Below, one piece after another: positions 7,950-17,347 of a DNA stretch of 36,824 nucleotides. The DNA comes from an uncultured Eubacteriales bacterium (GTDB taxonomy: Bacteria > Bacillota > Clostridia > Oscillospirales > Oscillospiraceae): positions 1-36,824 of the forward strand of contig CAJLWS010000001.1 in assembly GCA_905210385.1 (NCBI GenBank). The letters run 5' to 3'. Within the stretch, counting starts at the first letter, position 1, and every line of letters begins with the position of its first letter. Under the pieces are notes generated by a model. The model searched no databases. It saw only the letters and a list, made by a program, of their open reading frames with translations, and had not been told where the DNA came from. Both the position numbers and the translations under genes were made by a program.

Positions 7950-8762
7950 GTGGAAAAATATATTGAAGTCACAGCCAAGACCGAAGACGAGGCCATTGCC
8001 AAGGGGCTGGCTCAGCTAGGGCTGGATCGTGACGATGTGTCTGTTGAGATTTTGGAGCGGGGCAAGACTGGGTTTCTGGGGATTGGCTCTGTTCCGGCCA
8101 AGGTTAAACTGACCTATGAGGCGCCTGATGAGCCCGCGCCCGCCCCGGTCAAAGAACCGGAGCAGCCTGCCCCACAGTCAAAACCAAGGAGGGAGCGTCG
8201 GCCCGGTCTGGAAAAGACACAATCTGAGCCGGAGGGGCCTGCGACATCCAAGACAGTGTCCGCTTCTGCGGTTTCAGAGGCTAAGGTCCAGACGGAAGAG
8301 GATCCGGTGGCCGATGCTATCGTGAAGTTCCAAACCGGCCTGTTCGCTCATATGGGGGTGGAAGCCGTTCCGGCGGTCACCCGGGATGGAGATACCTATC
8401 AGGTGGTGTTGGAAGGAGAAAACATGGGCGCTCTCATTGGCCACCGGGGGGAGACGCTGGATGCCATTCAGCAGCTCACCGGCTATGCGGTCAACCGTGG
8501 GCGTAGCCACCGGGTACGCGTCCATGTGGATGCCGAGGGCTACCGAGCCCGCCGGGAGGAAGCTCTGGAGCGGTTGGCTCGCAAGACCGCCCAAAAGGCG
8601 GTGAAATATCGCCGCAACGTGACCCTGGAACCCATGAATGCCTATGAGCGCCATGTGATCCACGCCGCGCTCCAGGATTTCCCCAGCGTTTCTACCTATT
8701 CCACTGGAACCGAACCTAACCGCCGCACAGTGGTGGCTTACGACCCCAGCAAGCGAGTATGA
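7950..8762 (+). CDS. jag: Jag/EloR (KhpB) RNA-binding protein
   Basis: Jag_N (GFLGIG), KH (LIGHRGETLDAIQ) and R3H (MNAYERHVIH) domains. Confidence 0.95.
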   Translation: MEKYIEVTAKTEDEAIAKGLAQLGLDRDDVSVEILERGKTGFLGIGSVPAKVKLTYEAPDEPAPAPVKEPEQPAPQSKPRRERRPGLEKTQSEPEGPATSKTVSASAVSEAKVQTEEDPVADAIVKFQTGLFAHMGVEAVPAVTRDGDTYQVVLEGENMGALIGHRGETLDAIQQLTGYAVNRGRSHRVRVHVDAEGYRARREEALERLARKTAQKAVKYRRNVTLEPMNAYERHVIHAALQDFPSVSTYSTGTEPNRRTVVAYDPSKRV

Positions 8763-8769
8763 TAATGAG

Positions 8770-8810
8770 GACCGCTCCGCCGCATCATTTGACGGAGCGG
8801 TCTGATTTTT
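8770..8810 (+). terminator. intrinsic terminator after jag
   Basis: GACCGCTCCG/CGGAGCGGTC stem followed by TGATTTTT. Confidence 0.75.
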
Positions 8811-8811
8811 G

Positions 8812-8840
8812 TTGCAAACCGGTTTTCTCTGGAGTACAAT
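8812..8840 (+). promoter_or_regulatory. sigma-A promoter of NUDIX-GNAT-decarboxylase unit
   Basis: TTGCAA-17nt-TACAAT. Confidence 0.65.
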
Positions 8841-8869
8841 TTCTAAAAACAGCACGGGGAGGCATATGT

Positions 8870-9283
8870 ATGTGTCGGGAAAAGAGCTGCGGGGCGGTCA
8901 TATTCCAGCGCCAGGGAGAGCTCTTGACCTATCTGGTACTGCACAGCGTCCTGGGACACTGGACGCTGTGTAAGGGCCATGTGGAGGGATCTGAGACAGA
9001 ACACGAGACCGCCCTGCGGGAGATCAGGGAGGAGACAGGTCTGTCCGTAAAGTTTGTGGAACCCTTCCGAGAGGTCATCACTTATTTCCCCGCTCCGAAT
9101 GTGACGAAAGATGTGGTGTTTTTTTTAGCGGAAGCGGAAGCAGGTAGCCCGGTATGTCAGCCAGAAGAAGTGTCTGAAATCCGCTTTTTGCCCTTTGAGA
9201 AGGCAATTGACCTGCTTACCCATTCCTCTGACCGGGAGACCTTGACCAGGGCCGCCACCTTTCTGGGTGGACAGGAACAGTGA
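8870..9283 (+). CDS. NUDIX hydrolase (Ap4A hydrolase-like)
   Basis: EKSCGAVIF...HWTLCKGHVEGSETEHETALREIREETG Nudix box; start 8870 after GGAGG. Confidence 0.88.
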   Translation: MCREKSCGAVIFQRQGELLTYLVLHSVLGHWTLCKGHVEGSETEHETALREIREETGLSVKFVEPFREVITYFPAPNVTKDVVFFLAEAEAGSPVCQPEEVSEIRFLPFEKAIDLLTHSSDRETLTRAATFLGGQEQ

Positions 9284-9867
9284 GTTCTGTTATGGAAAAA
9301 GCCAATCCAATGCTGGAAACGGAACGGCTGTTTCTTCGGCCCTTTCAGCGGGAGGACGGCCTGGCTATGCTCCCCGTCCTATCCCATCGGGAGGTAAACC
9401 GCTTTTTACCTTGGTTTCCAGTGGACAGCCTGGAAAAGTGTGTACATTTTTTGGAAAAACAGCTCATGGGGCCAGGTCGGTATGCGATCTGCCCAAAGAA
9501 TGATCTGTCTCCGGTGGGCTACGTGACGGTGGGTGGACCGGACAGCTTTGACCTGGGCTATGGACTGGCCCGGTGCTGGTGGGGTCAAGGGGTTGCCGCC
9601 GAGGCCGCTGGGGCAGTGGTGGACGAGTTCAGAAGGATGGGAGTGCCTTATCTTACCGCTACCCATGATGTAGAGAACCCAGCTAGCGGTCGGGTGATGG
9701 AAAAATTGGGTATGACTTATCGTTACTCTTATGAGGAGCAATGGCAACCCAAGAATCTGCGGGTCATCTTCCGGCTGTACCAGTTGGATCTGGACGGACA
9801 GAGACGGCCCTCCTACCCAGGCTATTGGAATGCCCACCCAAAGCACTGGGTGGAAGAGATGTTTTGA
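9280..9867 (+). CDS. GNAT (RimJ/RimL-like) N-acetyltransferase
   Basis: LETERLFLRPF, LGYGLARCWWGQGVAAEA, NPASGRVMEKLGM. Exact start uncertain. Confidence 0.88.
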   Translation: MSSVMEKANPMLETERLFLRPFQREDGLAMLPVLSHREVNRFLPWFPVDSLEKCVHFLEKQLMGPGRYAICPKNDLSPVGYVTVGGPDSFDLGYGLARCWWGQGVAAEAAGAVVDEFRRMGVPYLTATHDVENPASGRVMEKLGMTYRYSYEEQWQPKNLRVIFRLYQLDLDGQRRPSYPGYWNAHPKHWVEEMF

Positions 9868-9892
9868 AACTCGATCCGAGGAGGTTGACCCA

Positions 9893-11266
9893 ATGCCCAC
9901 CCCCCTGTATGACAGATTAAAAAGCCTGGCAGCGGAGCATCCGCTGCGTTTTGATATGCCGGGACACCATGGGGTGCTCCGGATTGACCACCTGGGCGAC
10001 GTTGCCCTGGACTTTACCGAGAACGGAGAGACCGGCGACCTGTTTGGTCCCGGCGGGGACGCCATCGAGGCTGCGGAGCGGTTGTGGGCCCAGCGATTTG
10101 GTTTGGATAGCTGTCTGTTTCTCACAGGAGGATCTACCCAAGGGATGCACACCGGCTTGGCCCTGCTGGCGGGGACGGGGAGTGCCGTGGCACTGGACCG
10201 GGGCAGCCACCGTTCGGCCTACCACGCCCTGGCCCTGCTGGATCTCACCCCTCACTACCTACTCCGGCCCTGGCTGGACCGGGAGGGAGTGACGGGGCCC
10301 ATCCAGCCGGAAGCGGTGGAGCAGATGCTGAACGAACATCCAGAAGTTAAGACTATATGTATTACCTCACCAACATATTATGGAGTGTTATCTGATTTAC
10401 CTGCTATCGCCCGGATTTGCCATGACTATGGCGCCAAGCTGATGGTGGATGGCGCCCACGGGGCCCACCTGCCCTTCCTGGGATATGAGGGTTACCGGGC
10501 GGCGGACGTGGTGGTGGTGTCTGCTCACAAGACCCTGCCCGCCCTGGGGCAGAGCGCCCTGTTGTTTGCCAATGGTCTATCCCTGGCGGAACTGCGGCGG
10601 ATTGGGTCAGTGTACGGCTCATCCTCCCCCTCCTACTTGCTGATGGCAGGGCTGGACGTGGCCAGGGACTATATGGAGAGGGAAGGCGTCCGGCGGTATG
10701 AAGAGACCGCCCGGCAGACCGCCCGGCTGCGCCGGCGATTCCCTGCCCTATGCCCGGGCCAAGTGGAGCTGGATCCAGCCCGACTGACCATCCGGTGCGC
10801 CGACGGTTTTGCCATGGCAGAGGCCCTGCGCAGAAAGCGAATTTTTCCAGAGATGGCCGACCGGGGCCATGTGGTATTTATCCTCACCTGCGCCGACGAC
10901 CGGGAACGGCTGAGCCGGCTGGAACAGGCGCTGGAGGAGCTGGGGGTTGGAGAGGAGGAGACTGAAACCTATCCCCCGCCCCCTGAGCCGCCGCAGCGGG
11001 CGCTCACTCCCCGGCGGGCCCTATTCGCTTCCCGGCGGACAGTGCCCCTGAACGGGAGTGAGGGGCAAATCTGCGCCGGGCAGATTGCCCCCTATCCTCC
11101 CGGTGTTCCGGTGGTGGCGCCCGGCGAGAGATTGGAGAAAAAACATCTGGTCTATTTGAAGGAAATAGGATATAATAAAGATGACACAACCACGGAGGTT
11201 GTGTACACTGAAACGGAAAAGGGGGATCATGATGAAACTGATCATAGCCATTGTCAACCACGATGA
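9893..11266 (+). CDS. PLP-dependent Orn/Lys/Arg decarboxylase family protein (YaaO-like)
   Basis: FDMPGH, VDGAHGAH, SAHKTLP (PLP lysine), SSSPSY, PYPPGVP; start 9893 after GAGGAGG. Confidence 0.9.
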   Translation: MPTPLYDRLKSLAAEHPLRFDMPGHHGVLRIDHLGDVALDFTENGETGDLFGPGGDAIEAAERLWAQRFGLDSCLFLTGGSTQGMHTGLALLAGTGSAVALDRGSHRSAYHALALLDLTPHYLLRPWLDREGVTGPIQPEAVEQMLNEHPEVKTICITSPTYYGVLSDLPAIARICHDYGAKLMVDGAHGAHLPFLGYEGYRAADVVVVSAHKTLPALGQSALLFANGLSLAELRRIGSVYGSSSPSYLLMAGLDVARDYMEREGVRRYEETARQTARLRRRFPALCPGQVELDPARLTIRCADGFAMAEALRRKRIFPEMADRGHVVFILTCADDRERLSRLEQALEELGVGEEETETYPPPPEPPQRALTPRRALFASRRTVPLNGSEGQICAGQIAPYPPGVPVVAPGERLEKKHLVYLKEIGYNKDDTTTEVVYTETEKGDHDETDHSHCQPR

Positions 11267-11555
11267 CGCCAACGCAGTGGTGCAAAACCTGTCCAAGAAT
11301 GGATTTTCCTCTACCCGGCTGTCCACAACGGGAGGATTTTTGCTGGCTGGCAATGTGACCTTACTGGTGGGCGTGGAGGCAGACAGAGTGCAGGCTGCCA
11401 TTGATGTGATCCGGGAGTACTCCCACAGCCGTAAGCAGATGATTCCCACTACCACAGAGATGAGTTACAGTTACATTCCCACCATGCCGGTGGAGGTCCG
11501 GGTGGGGGGGGCCACCATTTTCGTGGTGGATGTGGAACAGTTTGAGCGCCTGTGA
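11229..11555 (+). CDS. darA: c-di-AMP receptor, PII-like DarA/PstA
   Basis: MKLIIAIVNHDDA...TRLSTTGGFLLAGNVTLLVGV...VGGATIFV. Confidence 0.93.
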   Translation: MMKLIIAIVNHDDANAVVQNLSKNGFSSTRLSTTGGFLLAGNVTLLVGVEADRVQAAIDVIREYSHSRKQMIPTTTEMSYSYIPTMPVEVRVGGATIFVVDVEQFERL

Positions 11556-12301
11556 GAGAGATTCCCGAAACGTTATCCCACGCATACCTCATTACCGGAG
11601 GCAGCCAGAAGAACCGCGACGTGTATGCCAGAAAGCTGACCCAGGCCTATCTGTGCCAGGAAGTATGCCCGCCCTGCGGCCAATGTCTGTCCTGCCGGAA
11701 GGTGGCTGCGGGAATCCATCCTGACGTGGTCCGGATCGCCCCGGCGGAGGGAAAGCGGGAAATCAGTGTGGATCAGGCCCGCGCTCTGCGCGCTGACGCG
11801 TATATCCGACCCAATGAGGGCAAGCGGAAGGTTTACCTCATCGACCCCGCGGATGCCATGAACCCTGCGGCCCAGAACGCCCTACTCAAGGTACTGGAGG
11901 AGGGGCCACCCTATGTGGTGTTTCTGCTGCTCACCGGACAACCCGGCGCTCTGCTGGACACCGTGCGCTCCCGCTGTGAATATTTGGCGCTGCCCCCAGA
12001 GGAGGAGACGACAGACCCGCAACAGTTGGAAAAAGGGAGACAGCTTGCGCAGCTCCTGCTGGAAGGCGATGAGCTAGCTGTAGCGGAAGGAATGGCGGCT
12101 TTGGAGCAGGAAAAGCTGAAAAGCGATCAGCTGATGGATCTGTTGGCAGTGGCAAAGGAACAGGCAGCCCATGAGCTGGCCCGAAATCCAAAGCGGGCGG
12201 TAACCGTTGTACGGGCTTTGAGCGCCTGCCAGGAAAATGCAGTATACCATCCGGGGGCCGGCCATGTATTGGGATGGCTGACAGTACAGCTATTTCATTA
12301 G
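11552..12301 (+). CDS. holB: DNA polymerase III delta' subunit (short form)
   Basis: HAYLITG, CGQCLSC zinc motif, HPDV, AQNALLKVLEE, TVRSRC; darA-holB-ricT synteny. Confidence 0.88.
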   Translation: MREIPETLSHAYLITGGSQKNRDVYARKLTQAYLCQEVCPPCGQCLSCRKVAAGIHPDVVRIAPAEGKREISVDQARALRADAYIRPNEGKRKVYLIDPADAMNPAAQNALLKVLEEGPPYVVFLLLTGQPGALLDTVRSRCEYLALPPEEETTDPQQLEKGRQLAQLLLEGDELAVAEGMAALEQEKLKSDQLMDLLAVAKEQAAHELARNPKRAVTVVRALSACQENAVYHPGAGHVLGWLTVQLFH

Positions 12302-12358
12302 AGATTTCAGCCTGGTTACAGATAGGATACATGTTACTATGATGGAGGAAACCTTTAC

Positions 12359-13609
12359 ATGACGGAAATTATCGGCGTCCGCTTCAAAACGGGCGGCAAG
12401 CAGTACTATTTTGATCCCATGGGCTTAACCGTGGCCAATGGACAAAATGTGATTGTTGAGACAGGAAAGGGCTTGGAGTATGGCACCTGTGTCCGTCCAA
12501 ATGGCTTTGTCAATGATCAGACAGTTGTGCAGCCACTGCGGCCAGTGGTACGGTTGGCCACAGAAAAGGACGAAAAACAGGTAAAGGAAAACCAGAGAAA
12601 AGAGAAAGAGGCACTTGGAACCTGTCAGAAACTGATTGAGCGCCATGGCCTGGAGATGAAATTGGTCCGGGCAGAGTATAGCTTTGATGGGTCCAAGATC
12701 ATATTCTTTTTTACGGCGGAGGGCCGGGTGGATTTTCGGGCCCTGGTGAAGGATTTGGCTGGAGTATTCCGGGCCCGCATTGAACTTCGGCAGATTGGCG
12801 TTCGGGACGAGGCCCGAATGCTGGGGGGGCTTGGAATTTGCGGGAAGCCCTTTTGCTGTGCCCAGTTTTTAGACGAGTTTCAGCCGGTGTCCATCAAGAT
12901 GGCGAAGACCCAAAATCTGTCTCTGAATCCTACCAAGATTTCTGGCACCTGCGGACGGCTGATGTGCTGTTTAAAGTATGAGCAGTGTGCCTATGAGGAT
13001 GCGGTGAAACGGTGTCCCAAGCAGGAGTCCTTTGTGGAATGTCCTGATGGTGTGGGTAATGTATCTTCCGTGGATCTGCTCAAGGAGCGGGTAAAGGTTC
13101 GCCTGGAGGATTCCACGGAGCAGCCCAAGAGTTACCGGGTCAGCGAGATCCGTGTGGTGCGAAACGGAAAAGGTAAGCGGCCGGAGGACTATGTAGCACC
13201 GCCTAAGGAGGAATTGGAAAAGCTACGATACGTCCCTCCGGAAGCAGAGAGAAAATCCAGAGGACTGGGAGAGGAAAGGGATCTGTCCGCGCTGTTGGAC
13301 CGGTATTTGGAGCAACAGGGACACAGGGATATGGAGGAAAGGCCCCGCTCTGCCAATCGAAGTGGACGCCGGCGAAGGAACGGAAAAAAGGAAGGAAAGG
13401 GTGCCGCCGCTGGCGCAACCATTCCGCAGGAGCAGGCGAAGGAACGGCAAAATCTTGTGGGAGAAAAGGCGCAGGCCAAGGGGAAGACGGCTCAGCCGGG
13501 TAAGGAGGCCCAGAAAGAGAGTTCAGCGTCCGGAGAGAAAAAACGCCGACGGCACCGTCCACACCACCGTAGAGGCAAAAGTTCCGGCGGATCCAAGGGA
13601 GAAGTCTAG
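12359..13609 (+). CDS. ricT: PSP1-domain protein RicT/YaaT with basic C-terminal extension
   Basis: RVDFRALVKDLA..FRARIELRQIGVRDEA, GICGKPFCC, KISGTCGRLMCCLKYE. Confidence 0.92.
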   Translation: MTEIIGVRFKTGGKQYYFDPMGLTVANGQNVIVETGKGLEYGTCVRPNGFVNDQTVVQPLRPVVRLATEKDEKQVKENQRKEKEALGTCQKLIERHGLEMKLVRAEYSFDGSKIIFFFTAEGRVDFRALVKDLAGVFRARIELRQIGVRDEARMLGGLGICGKPFCCAQFLDEFQPVSIKMAKTQNLSLNPTKISGTCGRLMCCLKYEQCAYEDAVKRCPKQESFVECPDGVGNVSSVDLLKERVKVRLEDSTEQPKSYRVSEIRVVRNGKGKRPEDYVAPPKEELEKLRYVPPEAERKSRGLGEERDLSALLDRYLEQQGHRDMEERPRSANRSGRRRRNGKKEGKGAAAGATIPQEQAKERQNLVGEKAQAKGKTAQPGKEAQKESSASGEKKRRRHRPHHRRGKSSGGSKGEV

Positions 13610-13684
13610 ACGCAGGTGCAAACATAGACAGGAACGGTCCCTCGAATAGAAGAAGGGCATGGCCAAGCAAAAAATTGACACATG

Positions 13685-13732
13685 AAAAAGTTGCTAAGAG
13701 CAGCCAAACTGGCGGTTTCTTAGCAACTTTTT
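13685..13732. terminator. bidirectional intrinsic terminator between convergent ricT and divIVA
   Basis: AAAAAGTTGCTAAGA / TCTTAGCAACTTTTT, 15-bp arms. Confidence 0.8.
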
Positions 13733-13747
13733 GTAATATAAATATAA

Positions 13748-13787
13748 GAAAAATAACTGCTGGGTTTCTGTTTGAAAACCCAGCAGT
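13748..13787 (-). terminator. intrinsic terminator after divIVA
   Basis: ACTGCTGGGTTT/AAACCCAGCAGT 12-bp stem followed by TATTTTT on the minus strand. Confidence 0.75.
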
Positions 13788-13850
13788 ATGCGTTTCACCT
13801 TTATAGCGCTTTCGTTTTGAACTTACCGGAGCAGGAATGAGGCTAGAGCT

Positions 13851-14513
13851 TCAGGTGATCTCATAATCCTTGCCAAACTGAAGGTCTTCAAACCGACGCG
13901 TAGCGTCCGGATCCAGATTGGGCAGCGGATCCCGGTCAGAATTCCTGGCGTGGACTATAGTGGGCGCTTCCTCGGCCTCCCCCTCGTTTTGGACAACGGC
14001 GGAAACGGACGCCTCAATTTCAACGGAAGGATCAGGGGCGGCCTCCTGGGGAGCCTGGGACGGGACCAGCTCATCCAACCGGGACAGAAAGTCCACTTCT
14101 TCGTTGTGAAATTCTTTCAGCTTTTGTACATAGGCAGCAGTAGCCTCCTGGGCCCGCTTCAGCCGGAATTCTTGGGCGGCGATGGCTGCATTCAGTTCAG
14201 CGATCCGGGCGTCGGCGTTGGCCTCGGCATCCCTCACCAGCTGGGACTTGCGCTTTTCCGCCTCGCTGACAATGGAGTCGGCCATCTGCTGGGCAGCCAA
14301 CAGGGTTTTACGCATGGCGTTATCGGTGGCTCGGTATTCCTCCACCGTCTCGCTGAGTACCTTCAGCTTGTTTTTCAGAATCGCGTTGTCGTTGTAGAGA
14401 GCGGTATAATCCTCGGTGAGCTGATCGAGGAACTCGTCCACCATGGCCATGTTATAGCCGCCTAGGGTTGCTTTGGCAAAGGCGTGGCTGGCCACTTCCT
14501 GCGGAGTCAGCAT
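13851..14513 (-). CDS. divIVA: DivIVA domain cell division protein
   Basis: MLTPQEVASHAFAKATLGGYNMAMVDEFLD followed by coiled coil. Confidence 0.92.
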   Translation of the reverse strand: MLTPQEVASHAFAKATLGGYNMAMVDEFLDQLTEDYTALYNDNAILKNKLKVLSETVEEYRATDNAMRKTLLAAQQMADSIVSEAEKRKSQLVRDAEANADARIAELNAAIAAQEFRLKRAQEATAAYVQKLKEFHNEEVDFLSRLDELVPSQAPQEAAPDPSVEIEASVSAVVQNEGEAEEAPTIVHARNSDRDPLPNLDPDATRRFEDLQFGKDYEIT

Positions 14514-14531
14514 CGTTCAAGCCCCCTTTGA

Positions 14532-14978
14532 TCAAAAGTACAGGCCGTTGTTTTCCAGTTCGTCAATCAGGTCGCCCAGGATCTCCACATTGTAGGGGGT
14601 AATGATGTATGTAGACAGGGCGACCTTCTTGATGGTGCCTTCATTGGCATAGGCCACGCCGGAGAGAAAGTCGATGAGGCGCCGGGCGATATTCTTATCC
14701 GTCTGCTCCAGATTGAGCACTACCGTGCGCTTCTCCCGAAGGTGGTCGGCGATCTCCGAGGCGTTTTCAAACCGCTCCGGCTTTACCAGGACCACCTGGA
14801 GCTGGGTGGTGGTATGGATGTTGACCACCTTATTGTTGCGTCGGTCATAGTCCCGGTCGCGTTCCCGGTCCCGGACAGGCTCCCGGGTGTTCACGGGAGT
14901 GAAATCCTCCTCGTAGGTATCTTCTTCCTCGTCCTCATAAGGCCGGGCAAGACGCTTAAGTTCGTCAAAAAAGCTCAT
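14532..14978 (-). CDS. sepF: cell division protein SepF
   Basis: KPERFENASEIADHL...VVLNLE...ARRLIDFLSGVAYA...YIITP. Confidence 0.95.
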   Translation of the reverse strand: MSFFDELKRLARPYEDEEEDTYEEDFTPVNTREPVRDRERDRDYDRRNNKVVNIHTTTQLQVVLVKPERFENASEIADHLREKRTVVLNLEQTDKNIARRLIDFLSGVAYANEGTIKKVALSTYIITPYNVEILGDLIDELENNGLYF

Positions 14979-14980
14979 GA

Positions 14981-15706
14981 TCAGGACTCCCTTCCTAGAT
15001 TGACGGGAATGGGTGAGCGGGGCCCAAACAGGGCAGTTCCCAACCGTATATGGGTGGCCCCAGCACGTATAGCATCTTGATAATCATCGCTCATTCCCAT
15101 AGACAGGTATGTTACATCTGCCCTATTATCTCCTATTTCCCGTCTTATGTCAACAGCTAACTGCGCTAATTTCTCGAAATATGGCAGATTTTTGCCTGGA
15201 GCGGTAGAGGGAGGGGGAATACACATCAGACCGCGAAGACGCACATTGGCCAATTCCGCAGCCAACCTGCCCACCGAAAGAACCTGCTGGGGAGGTAGGC
15301 CGGACTTACTCAGCTCTCCAGCCAGGTTAACTTCCAACAGGATATCCTGGACAAGGCCCAGCTTTTCCGCCTGCCGTTGAATGGCTAGCAGCAGTTTTTC
15401 TGAGGACACAGAGTGGATTAGGTCCACCTTTCCGACCACGTACTTTACCTTGTTCGTCTGAAGGTGTCCAATGAAATGAACCCGGGCGCCTTCATAGGCA
15501 CCGGCAGCCAGGTGCGCAGTAAATTCCTGGACCCGGTTTTCCCCGCAAACGGAAATCCCGGCGGCAATGGCTTGCCGAATGGTATCATCCGACTGGGTTT
15601 TGGTGGCGGCCACCAGAGTGACCTCCTCTGGAGCGCGGCCGCAGCTCTGGGCGGCCTGTACAATATGGGTGCGCACCGCCTCCAGCCTCTGGGGGAGCAG
15701 ACTCAT
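14981..15706 (-). CDS. yggS: PLP homeostasis protein YggS/YlmE
   Basis: LVAATKT, GENRVQE, HFIGHLQTNKVK, LSMGMSDDY, RLGTALFG. Confidence 0.96.
   Translation of the reverse strand: MSLLPQRLEAVRTHIVQAAQSCGRAPEEVTLVAATKTQSDDTIRQAIAAGISVCGENRVQEFTAHLAAGAYEGARVHFIGHLQTNKVKYVVGKVDLIHSVSSEKLLLAIQRQAEKLGLVQDILLEVNLAGELSKSGLPPQQVLSVGRLAAELANVRLRGLMCIPPPSTAPGKNLPYFEKLAQLAVDIRREIGDNRADVTYLSMGMSDDYQDAIRAGATHIRLGTALFGPRSPIPVNLGRES
15125..15153 (-). promoter_or_regulatory. candidate internal sigma-A promoter for sepF-divIVA inside yggS
   Basis: Minus strand TTGACA-17nt-GATAAT in a locally AT-rich patch about 150 nt upstream of sepF. Confidence 0.6.
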
Positions 15707-16969
15707 TTACCGCACCACCTTTCCGTCGTAGAGATCGGAGGTGTTTAAAATGATTTCGTCTCCGGCCCGAAGCCTGGAGGTATCGGTTTCATCCACCGGC
15801 CGGACCAAATAAAACGTATCCCCGGTGTAGACAACCTCTACTTCCTTTCGCTCGGCCTGACGGCCCACCACCGTATAGACGACATAGGTATTTTGCTGCC
15901 GCACGCTGCCGTCCTCTTGTTCCACATCCTCCGTTTCCACCCGCAGCGCCCGGCGGGGAATGCGGATGCCTTCCACAGTGTCAGTGACCACATCCACACG
16001 TTGGACGCGAAGCAAGGTGGTGTCAGATAGATTGGAGCGGGCAGAAAAAATAGCCAGCGTCTGGTCCTGCCCGGGGACGATCCGCTCCAAAGTCATGGCT
16101 ATGCCACCGTAAAAGTCGCTGGAAAAGGAAATAGTATAGGAGCTGCCCTGGGACAGCTGAAGGTCATTCTCCCCTGGAAGCAGGGCGGCGAAGTACCAGG
16201 TGGAGTTGGTGATCAATTTGCCAATGGAATTGGAGTTGGCGGAGGGCTCCGCGTTCAGCCAATCAGACAACTGCTCTGCGGTAAGGCTGTCCAACATATC
16301 AGGGGTGATGAGGGATTCAAACCCATCTACTTGCCCGGAAAAAATTCCGGCCGCAGGAGCCAAGATGGTTTGGGAGACCTGGCTGAGGGATTGGGTTAGA
16401 GTGTCCAGCTGGGATTGCTTGTCCGCGATGAGCTGCTCAATATCGCTAGCCGCGCCCGTATCGCCATAGGCGTAATCCCGCTGAAACACCATGGTACGCA
16501 GATTGAGGGCGGAATCCTCTAGGTCGGACAGATCGCCGGAGGCGGCCAGTGCCCGCAGGCTGATGATGGAGCTGACCACCTGCTGGTCCAGCCGGGTCAC
16601 ATCCACCGACTGGGTGCCGGTGGACAAGGCATACTGCAACTGCTCGATCTCCGCGCCCAGGCTTTGAATGGCCTGCTGGGTGCTTAGGGCTGAGGCGTCA
16701 GAATAGACCAGAGCTACTGCGTCCCCAGCGGCGGCCCGTTCTCCCTCGGAAGGCACCAGGTCCACATAGTTACCAGAGCCGGTCAGCACCTGCTCCTCCC
16801 GGACGATAATCCCAACGGCTTCTGCACCCTGATTAACCGAATAGGTATAGGCGGTGGTGGTCGTCAGACCGCTCTGAAAGCCCGTAAGAAGATAGAGTCC
16901 AAGATAGATCAAGACTCCGGCGCATAGGACTCCAATCATGATTTTCGTTGCTAAGGTGCTCTCTTTCAT
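15707..16969 (-). CDS. membrane-anchored HlyD/membrane-fusion-like protein of unknown function
   Basis: N-terminal TM helix, GIIVREEQVL, coiled coil, APAAGIFS..VDGFE barrel-sandwich-like motif, GIRIP. Confidence 0.7.
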   Translation of the reverse strand: MKESTLATKIMIGVLCAGVLIYLGLYLLTGFQSGLTTTTAYTYSVNQGAEAVGIIVREEQVLTGSGNYVDLVPSEGERAAAGDAVALVYSDASALSTQQAIQSLGAEIEQLQYALSTGTQSVDVTRLDQQVVSSIISLRALAASGDLSDLEDSALNLRTMVFQRDYAYGDTGAASDIEQLIADKQSQLDTLTQSLSQVSQTILAPAAGIFSGQVDGFESLITPDMLDSLTAEQLSDWLNAEPSANSNSIGKLITNSTWYFAALLPGENDLQLSQGSSYTISFSSDFYGGIAMTLERIVPGQDQTLAIFSARSNLSDTTLLRVQRVDVVTDTVEGIRIPRRALRVETEDVEQEDGSVRQQNTYVVYTVVGRQAERKEVEVVYTGDTFYLVRPVDETDTSRLRAGDEIILNTSDLYDGKVVR

Positions 16970-17022
16970 GGGATCAATCCTCTATTTCTGTGGACCGTCC
17001 GGAAACGGCCTGAGGGAAAGCT

Positions 17023-17268
17023 TTATGACTGTTCCATATTGACAGGATGTTCCGGAGCGATGGTGGAGATCGCGTGTTTATAGATAACCTGCTGTTTCCC
17101 GTCGGACATTAACACCACCACATAAGGGTCAAAGGCGGTGATCACACCACGCAGCTGATAGCCGTTCATGAGGAACAAAGTGACCCGGGCAGCCTGGCGC
17201 CGGGCGCAGGAAAGAAAGGTGTCCTGGATGTTGGGCTGACGGCCCACGGCAACGGCGGTAAAACTCAT
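17023..17268 (-). CDS. hfq: RNA chaperone Hfq
   Basis: NIQDTFL...VTLFLMNGYQLRG..FD...QQVIYKHAISTI; follows miaA. Confidence 0.96.
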   Translation of the reverse strand: MSFTAVAVGRQPNIQDTFLSCARRQAARVTLFLMNGYQLRGVITAFDPYVVVLMSDGKQQVIYKHAISTIAPEHPVNMEQS

Positions 17269-17347
17269 AACTTGCGCACTCCTTTTATTTACCCAGGGCG
17301 GTCCCGCCCCGGTGATTATCTGCCGGAAATGATTTCCGGGAGTGCGG

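Noticed and set aside
11552..12301. holB as a pseudogene (short, degenerate Walker A)
   Set aside because: Delta' is normally ATPase-inactive, the ORF is intact with zinc and SRC motifs, and no frameshifted remainder is evident before ricT.
13676..13705. TTGACA in the ricT-divIVA spacer as an sRNA promoter
   Set aside because: No -10 hexamer at a suitable spacing; the region is explained by two terminators.
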